The notes under the pieces are model-generated. The model was not told the DNA's origin. It made no database searches and worked only from the letters and a program-made list of their open reading frames with translations. The translations under genes and the position numbers were made by a program. From IMG/VR virus record IMGVR_UViG_3300047491_001293, positions 20,312 through 84,311 of that record: a DNA stretch of 64,000 nt. One strand, written 5' to 3'. This DNA is from a virus. Below, in pieces: positions 58,652 to 64,000 of this stretch (within the stretch, counting starts at the first letter, position 1; the number at the start of each line of letters is the position of its first letter).

Positions 58652-58809
58652 GGTAACCTTTCAAAAATAAAACATAGCCGATCCCAGCTATAATCATCTG
58701 TTTTGTTTTGGCTCCAACATGCAGATGACCATATGTTATAGGCTGGAAAGCAAAAACATCTTCTGTAATTAGATTTAAAAATCTCAGACCTACAAGAGGT
58801 TGTTCTCAC
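58648..58809 (-). CDS. Microprotein cassette (absent from ORF track)
   Basis: GTG start, 53 aa; CFCFPAYNIWSSACWSQNK. Confidence 0.4.
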   Translation of the reverse strand: MRTTSCRSEIFKSNYRRCFCFPAYNIWSSACWSQNKTDDYSWDRLCFIFERLP

Positions 58810-58814
58810 TTTGA

Positions 58815-58952
58815 CTACCTAAAAAGTAGAGAGCCATACATGTAAAAATCAAACAATACTGATCTTTTTGCCACAAACCACATCGTACTGCAATGCCATG
58901 GTCTGGCTAATTCATGGTGTTTCGACCAACAATGACTTTTATCAACTATCAT
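58815..58952 (-). CDS. Microprotein cassette (absent from ORF track)
   Basis: MIVDKSHCWSKHHELARPWHCSTMWF, 45 aa; GGAG SD. Confidence 0.45.
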   Translation of the reverse strand: MIVDKSHCWSKHHELARPWHCSTMWFVAKRSVLFDFYMYGSLLFR

Positions 58953-58972
58953 CTAAAAAAATCTCCATAATT

Positions 58973-59122
58973 TCAGAATAGTACGCAGTAATATCCACCA
59001 AAAAGTCTAGTTCCATGCCATGACATAATATGACCACCCCAACATAAACAATGAGATTGACCTGTAAAATGTCCATCAAATGCATAGGAACATAACATCT
59101 TGTTTTTATTTGCAAATATCAT
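58973..59122 (-). CDS. Microprotein cassette (absent from ORF track)
   Basis: [30 protein letters not shown], 49 aa; ATGA overlap. Confidence 0.45.
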   Translation of the reverse strand: MIFANKNKMLCSYAFDGHFTGQSHCLCWGGHIMSWHGTRLFGGYYCVLF

Positions 59123-59343
59123 GATTTTAAAATCCATGCCTTTCGCAACCATGCTTTGTTAAAATCAGAACTCATAAAATCATAAATATGATACGAACAA
59201 CAAAAACCAAATACCCCAAAATCGCAAGAATAACAATCCTTTATATTGCGACTGTGACAAAATTCATCAAAAAAACATCTTGAACTATCAAGATTATTTT
59301 GCCAAAAATCTGCATCAGAATAATAAAATGATTTAAACAACAT
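59119..59343 (-). CDS. Cys/aromatic-rich microprotein cassette
   Basis: MLFKSFYY...AWILKS, 74 aa. Confidence 0.5.
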   Translation of the reverse strand: MLFKSFYYSDADFWQNNLDSSRCFFDEFCHSRNIKDCYSCDFGVFGFCCSYHIYDFMSSDFNKAWLRKAWILKS

Positions 59344-59464
59344 TTTGAAAACTCATGTTTTGTTGCCAATTAAGTGACCGGGCGCATCCAGGCGAAACCT
59401 TGGTGCAGCCACGAACTGGGTTCCAGGTTGCGCTGGTCCATTCAATTGTGCTTTTCTCAGACAT
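59333..59464 (-). pseudogene. N-terminal fragment of the DUF5131 (Gp37/Gp68) gene
   Basis: [28 protein letters not shown] then unrelated residues and a stop; AAGGAG SD. Confidence 0.85.
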
Positions 59465-59502
59465 AGTCAGTCTCCTTTTTTCTTGAATTTTCATTCAATT
59501 TA

Positions 59503-59530
59503 AGGTTACCGACATATTCCGATTTGTAAA
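59503..59530 (-). promoter_or_regulatory. T4-early/sigma70-type promoter of the DUF5131/cassette locus
   Basis: Minus strand TTTACA-N16-TAACCT. Confidence 0.55.
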
Positions 59531-59535
59531 ATTGG

Positions 59536-60399
59536 CTAAATCAAATTGTTGGAGATGAGAGTTAGATTTTGCTCAGCCATGAGATTGTAGGTTGTCAAAA
59601 AGAAGGCATGTGGCATGCCACGATTCTCAAAGTGCGGAAGCATTTCCTTGCCACGCTTCAAGGTCTTGGCAAGAAGCTCCGCATCTTTGCAACCCAAAAG
59701 TATCTTGATTGTGTCAACAAGGTCATAGTATGAAAGCAACAGGGATTCATGTGTCTCCTGTGGATCCAAGAAGAAATACTTGAGTGTCCTTTCAACGGCG
59801 TCATTGCTAAAGATGGTTCCATCGGTGTGATGCAGCCAGCCAGCGCATATGAGGTCAACCTTCTCGGATTCCTTGAGGCCATAGTCATAGGCAACCTCCT
59901 GGGTGGTTGACATGAGGTGGGAGACAACCGTGGTGCCGCCAAACAATTTCTCGTCTCCATGGTATTCAATTGCCTTGTACTTGCTGAAATGTATGTCCTT
60001 GTTCAGCATCAGCTCTGGAATCATAATCCCACACTTGGAGCATCTGGCATCACCACCCATCCCATCATCACACCTCTGAAACTTGTGTGCGCAATTGGAT
60101 ATGTCCACAAGCCTAGAAGCCGCCGACATCTCCGACTGCCCAAGCGTTTCACCATAGCCAACAACCCACATCCTTGGCCGCTGCCACTTTCCAAACATGA
60201 AACTGTCTGGCATCTCTATGTTTTCGCTCACAGGATGGAAAACGGAAAACATATACCTCTCTGATGTTGGCTTTTTTGAAACCACCATTTTGTCTTTGAG
60301 GCATGAAATCTCTGGCTCAGAAATCTGTATCATGCATTCTTTTGGCCATTCATGAATGCAATCATAGAACTCGCCATTGTGCTGAACTCTAAATGACAT
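59536..60399 (-). CDS. Hypothetical protein with Zn-ribbon and degenerate HD-like domain
   Basis: CAHKF..CSKCG; AIEYH..SHL..AGWLHH; GGAGG SD. Confidence 0.55.
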   Translation of the reverse strand: MSFRVQHNGEFYDCIHEWPKECMIQISEPEISCLKDKMVVSKKPTSERYMFSVFHPVSENIEMPDSFMFGKWQRPRMWVVGYGETLGQSEMSAASRLVDISNCAHKFQRCDDGMGGDARCSKCGIMIPELMLNKDIHFSKYKAIEYHGDEKLFGGTTVVSHLMSTTQEVAYDYGLKESEKVDLICAGWLHHTDGTIFSNDAVERTLKYFFLDPQETHESLLLSYYDLVDTIKILLGCKDAELLAKTLKRGKEMLPHFENRGMPHAFFLTTYNLMAEQNLTLISNNLI

Positions 60400-61315
60400 C
60401 GAGATCACCTCCAGAACGCTTCAAGGTCTCACGCATGGCCCTAAGGAACTTTTCCTTGAGCTGGCGAACCCTCTCTTTTGTTATTCCAAGGGTCGAGCTT
60501 ATCTGTTCAAGGTTTTTCCTTTTTCTGCCGTTGATTCCATAGTATTCTTCAATGATCCTTATCTGGCGGGCTATGTCATTGCACTTGACCACCTTCTTGA
60601 CCATGCCTATGACCATGTTTATGAAATTTGCATTCTCACGCTGGTGCATCTCAATGCATTCAGAGCTATCCTCCGATTGTGGAAGATTGTCCTCGTAATT
60701 ATCATCAAGTGATATGTGTTTTCCACCCTTGATCCTCTTCATCTTAACCCCACGGAAGAAATTCTTTTTCAGCACCCATACACAATATGTGCAGAACTTG
60801 TTGCCTAGTGTGTAATTGAAATAGTCAACACTCTTAAGAACATCAAAGTAAGCATCGGAAAGTGAAAGATCTGGGGTTGCCTCGCCAGAGTGTCTGAAAT
60901 CACTCTTTAATATCATCCCAGCCAGCCTGAAGTTGCTGCTGGCAAGCTGATTCCTTATGGAGTAAATGTCGTTCAGCATGGATTCAACCTTTGCCACCAA
61001 TGACTTATCGGGTCGTGATGGCCTTATCTTCTTTCTAAGCCTTCCTGCCATAAACTTTAGGTAATTCATTTTCTTGAAAAGATGGTACTCTTGTTCCCTC
61101 GTGAGAAGTGGCTCCTCATAACAAGGCCTCATCGCCGGAAGCTTGTTTCTGACCCTTAGATTCTCAACCTTGCGTCGTTCTTGGTCATATCTATCCTTGT
61201 CTGGCATTTCTGCCAGTATTTTCCCTGCCAAGGATGGTCTGTCAAAGTCTGGATGGTGGAAATGCTTGAGCTTGCATGAAAGGATAGCGACGAAACTGCC
61301 AGGTGCTTTACCCAT
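60389..61315 (-). CDS. Sigma-70 family factor, planctomycete type
   Basis: EEPLLTREQEYHLFKKMNYLKF, SNFRLA, VDYFNYTLGNKFCTYCVW, LEQISSTLGITKERVRQL. Confidence 0.9.
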   Translation of the reverse strand: MGKAPGSFVAILSCKLKHFHHPDFDRPSLAGKILAEMPDKDRYDQERRKVENLRVRNKLPAMRPCYEEPLLTREQEYHLFKKMNYLKFMAGRLRKKIRPSRPDKSLVAKVESMLNDIYSIRNQLASSNFRLAGMILKSDFRHSGEATPDLSLSDAYFDVLKSVDYFNYTLGNKFCTYCVWVLKKNFFRGVKMKRIKGGKHISLDDNYEDNLPQSEDSSECIEMHQRENANFINMVIGMVKKVVKCNDIARQIRIIEEYYGINGRKRKNLEQISSTLGITKERVRQLKEKFLRAMRETLKRSGGDLDVI

Positions 61316-61375
61316 AATATAGTCCCCAGAAAGGAGTTATGGGTAAAGTTTAATTTATAAAATAAATTATTTCAA
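61306..61375 (-). promoter_or_regulatory. SD/AUG-masking hairpin overlapping a sigma70 promoter
   Basis: 12-bp inverted repeat 61306-61317 / 61337-61348; minus strand TTGAAA-N17-TAAACT; 8-3-8 palindrome at 61351-61369. Confidence 0.7.
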
Positions 61376-61399
61376 TGCCAATATATGTACATTCATTCA

Positions 61400-61570
61400 T
61401 TAATTTGGTGGGCCACCCCAGTAGAAGTAACTGTACTGGTTGGTGTCATGCACATAGGACCATATATATGAATCGTTCCACTCAGATAGACCTCTGAAGT
61501 CCTTGAATGAGTATGAGAACTGCTGGTTAATCCATGTGGATTCTTGCAAGTGATGAATTTTGAAAATCAT
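61400..61570 (-). CDS. W/Y/S-rich MIFK microprotein (absent from ORF track)
   Basis: MIFKIHHLQESTWINQQFSYSFKDFRGLSEWNDSYIWSYVHDTNQYSYFYWGGPPN, 56 aa, fills an operon gap. Confidence 0.55.
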   Translation of the reverse strand: MIFKIHHLQESTWINQQFSYSFKDFRGLSEWNDSYIWSYVHDTNQYSYFYWGGPPN

Positions 61571-61580
61571 TTGCGACTAT

Positions 61581-61913
61581 TTAGCCAAGGTCTTCAAGGC
61601 TGCCCCTGATCTTTTCACGGACAATCTCCGCCGATTTCTCAAGGATTTGCACGGATAAGGCCGGTGGTATGTTGAAGCAGTCAACCAGGATCCCGCCCTC
61701 TACCATCTTGACAAGGATCACTGGCATGTTATCACGCTTGTTGATCTCATCGCATAGCTGGTCGGTGGTTGCGAGCTCAAGGTATTCTGGGAGGCTCTTG
61801 TTGACAACGGAATTGAGCTTCTGAACCTCAAGTGTAAGGCTTGTGATTAACAGATATGATATGGAAATGACAAGCAGCAGAAAGCAAACCAGGAGGACAA
61901 ACACTGCGTCCAC
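61581..61913 (-). CDS. Single-pass membrane protein
   Basis: GTG start after GAGG (alternative start 61943); LELATTDQLCDEI. Confidence 0.6.
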   Translation of the reverse strand: MDAVFVLLVCFLLLVISISYLLITSLTLEVQKLNSVVNKSLPEYLELATTDQLCDEINKRDNMPVILVKMVEGGILVDCFNIPPALSVQILEKSAEIVREKIRGSLEDLG

Positions 61914-61915
61914 AG

Positions 61916-62332
61916 TCACCTCGATGACCAGAAGATGCCACAATCCTTTTTGTCAGACACGCTCCTGAGATATATGTATGCCAACGCAACCTTCCTTTGG
62001 AGCGCTTGAAAAGTACTGCTATATAGGGGCAGAGCGACTATATTGACCTCATCAAGGATTATCTCCTCCCTGGAATAAAGGCCGTGCTCAACACCCTCTA
62101 TCTGGTCAAGCTGCTGCATGCACTCATCGCTGACCTCGTACAGCTCCCCATAAACACGCTTTCCGGCAGCCTTGTCAGGTGTGGCATGCACAAGACCTGG
62201 ATAGCCCCCAAGGTTGAACATGGCGAATTTGCCATCAGTTCGTCCCACCCCAAGATATTTCTGGTCTGAAAGCGCAAGCTCACGGCTATGACCCTGCTTG
62301 AGTGTGCCATAAACAAATAAAAGATTTCCCAT
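61916..62332 (-). CDS. Gamma-glutamylcyclotransferase (AIG2/YtfP-like)
   Basis: LFVYGTLK, YPGL, VYGELYEV, LDQIEG, Y.R. Confidence 0.9.
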   Translation of the reverse strand: MGNLLFVYGTLKQGHSRELALSDQKYLGVGRTDGKFAMFNLGGYPGLVHATPDKAAGKRVYGELYEVSDECMQQLDQIEGVEHGLYSREEIILDEVNIVALPLYSSTFQALQRKVALAYIYLRSVSDKKDCGIFWSSR

Positions 62333-62339
62333 AACAACC

Positions 62340-62873
62340 TCATATCTTAGTCACACTATAATCATAAAGTGAGATGCACATGTTTATCAATAGGTTAAGG
62401 TAATTTGCGTCCGGCATGGCAAGTCTTTCACGGATCAGCCTAGCGTGAATCATGAATATTTTTCCCCAGAAATCACCATGCGCAACCATTGTCTGCACCG
62501 CAATTATATCACGATTTGAATTCATTAGCTCCTTGGCTACAAGCGCCCGCATCTTAAGGTTGACAAGGGATAGAACTATAGTGTCAACCTCAAGGTTATT
62601 CAGCGAAGAAACATACACAGTCTTTCCAGACGGTTTCAAGTCCCAGATTTTTGCGCCATTTCCCACAATGGCCATGTAATCTGAATGCAGGCTGTTCATG
62701 ATCGTGATAATGTCGCCGCTGAAAAAACTGTACTTCTCCGTCAATCCCTTGCGGCTGCTTTCCAAGCCATGCCTTGAAACCATGGCGCACTTCCACCCAG
62801 ACTCGACCGCATCATGGAGTGAGACCTCAAGTCCATATTCAACTGGTGAATCAATGTTGAAAAATGCATTCAT
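62340..62873 (-). CDS. Hypothetical protein
   Basis: 177 aa from MNAFF, ATGA-coupled to clpX. Confidence 0.6.
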   Translation of the reverse strand: MNAFFNIDSPVEYGLEVSLHDAVESGWKCAMVSRHGLESSRKGLTEKYSFFSGDIITIMNSLHSDYMAIVGNGAKIWDLKPSGKTVYVSSLNNLEVDTIVLSLVNLKMRALVAKELMNSNRDIIAVQTMVAHGDFWGKIFMIHARLIRERLAMPDANYLNLLINMCISLYDYSVTKI

Positions 62874-63958
62874 GCTGCTGTGTCTCGATTGGTGGTCTTG
62901 TCTACATACTGCTTGTCGACCATGATTTTCTTTCCAAGTTCGCAAGCCTCAAACATCAAATCGTTCATCACCGTCTCAACAACGGATCTGAGAGCCCTTG
63001 CGCCAGTTCCCTTGGTAAAGGCTATTTTTGCCATCTGGCGTATCGCATCATCACTAAATTGGAGATCAACATCCTCAAGAAACATGAGTTTTTGATACTG
63101 GCGTAAAAGTGCGTTTTTTGGCTCGATGAGGATCTTGCACAATGCATCCTCCGTCATGGGATGCAAAGAAACCTGAACTGGAACCCTGCCTATAAATTCC
63201 GGTATCATGCCAAACTCAATCAAGTCCTCTCCTGTTATGTTGTTAAGTATCTCGACCTCATCAAATTCTTTTCTGCCTGATCCAATGAACCCTATCGATG
63301 ATTCCCCGGACTGTTTGCGGAGCCTATTGGATACAATCTTGTCTATGCCAACGAATGTTCCACCACAGATAAAAAGTATGTTGGTTGTGTCAACAGGAAT
63401 AAAGCTCTGCTCTGGGTGCTTTCTGCCGCCCTTTGGAGGAACATTGCTGACTGTTCCATCAATCATCTTCAAAAGCGCTTGCTGCACACCCTCGCCACTC
63501 ACATCACGGCTGATTGAAACATTGTTTCCAGACTTTGCAATCTTGTCCACCTCATCAATGTACACAATCCCGTGTTGAGCTTTGACAACATTAAATTCTG
63601 ACTCGACCAAAAGTTTTGTAAGAAGATTCTCTACATCTTCCCCAACATAACCAGCCTGCGTCAAGACTGTTGCGTCACCAATCGCAAACGGAACATCAAG
63701 AAATTCAGCCAGGCTTTTTGCCAGAAGTGTCTTACCACAGCCAGTCGGCCCAACCATGATGATGTTCGATTTCTCAATGACAACATCTTGGAGATTCTTG
63801 GGAAATGCCGAGTTATTTGCATCATTGATTCGCTTATGATGGTTGCATATTGCCACAGCAAGCCTTTTCTTGGCTGTTTCTTGGCCAATAACATACTGGT
63901 CCAGATGTGCCACAACAGTCCGTGGGCTTATGGAAATCTTTGTTACAGTCGTTTGCAT
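62870..63958 (-). CDS. clpX: ClpX AAA+ unfoldase lacking the N-terminal zinc-binding domain
   Basis: [52 protein letters not shown] loop, TGARALR. Confidence 0.95.
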   Translation of the reverse strand: MQTTVTKISISPRTVVAHLDQYVIGQETAKKRLAVAICNHHKRINDANNSAFPKNLQDVVIEKSNIIMVGPTGCGKTLLAKSLAEFLDVPFAIGDATVLTQAGYVGEDVENLLTKLLVESEFNVVKAQHGIVYIDEVDKIAKSGNNVSISRDVSGEGVQQALLKMIDGTVSNVPPKGGRKHPEQSFIPVDTTNILFICGGTFVGIDKIVSNRLRKQSGESSIGFIGSGRKEFDEVEILNNITGEDLIEFGMIPEFIGRVPVQVSLHPMTEDALCKILIEPKNALLRQYQKLMFLEDVDLQFSDDAIRQMAKIAFTKGTGARALRSVVETVMNDLMFEACELGKKIMVDKQYVDKTTNRDTAA

Positions 63959-64000
63959 CTTTGAACTTTTGCCTTTTTTTTCAAAAATGCACCCATAAAT

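Noticed and set aside
56388-59380. Diversity-generating retroelement as the source of the variable peptides
   Set aside because: No reverse transcriptase in the window and no near-identical template/variable pair differing only at adenines; a trans-acting RT elsewhere cannot be excluded
56388-59380. Self-splicing intron or intein in DUF5131
   Set aside because: The middle of the gene is missing, so removal would not restore it; no intron or intein motifs recognised
56070-59464. RiPP cluster with a radical-SAM-like DUF5131 acting on Trp/Ser peptides
   Set aside because: The enzyme gene is broken inside its Cys motif and no protease or transporter is adjacent
61331-61353. Plus-strand mini-ORF MGKV with a perfect AAGGAG SD
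   Set aside because: It is the mirror image of the anti-SD/anti-AUG arm of the sigma leader hairpin
1-64000. Stop-codon reassignment
   Set aside because: Conserved genes end at expected lengths on TAG, TGA and TAA in the standard code, and reading through stops does not rebuild DUF5131

Overview
A gene-dense 64 kb segment with short ORFs, frequent strand switches and no rRNA, tRNA or CRISPR. It is best read as part of a large T4-like (jumbo) phage genome. Support: T4-late-like TAnATA boxes, T4-early-like TTTACA-N16-TAnnnT promoters, many proteins with a capsid-targeting-like N-terminus (M-x-F-x-x-[FYW]...E), and accessory genes typical of large phages (Hsp20, DUF5856/Dps-like, ClpX, HNHs, C5-MTase). 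No capsid or terminase gene lies in the window, so the phage call is an inference. A planctomycete-type sigma-70 factor points to a Planctomycetota host. About 25 genes encode glycan-building or glycan-modifying enzymes. Most notable observations: (1) a ~3 kb AT-rich array of ~200-220 bp, ATGA-coupled Trp/Cys/Ser-rich microprotein cassettes joined by a conserved TGGA-N10-ATGAT junction, replacing the middle of a DUF5131 gene; (2) a shared C-terminal K-L-x tag on unrelated glycan-modifying enzymes; (3) a hairpin that masks the SD and AUG of the sigma factor only in read-through transcripts; (4) a 91 bp identical tract between tandem glycosyltransferase paralogs that ends exactly at a frameshift. 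Family names come from motif recognition, not database searches, and composition statements are by eye.
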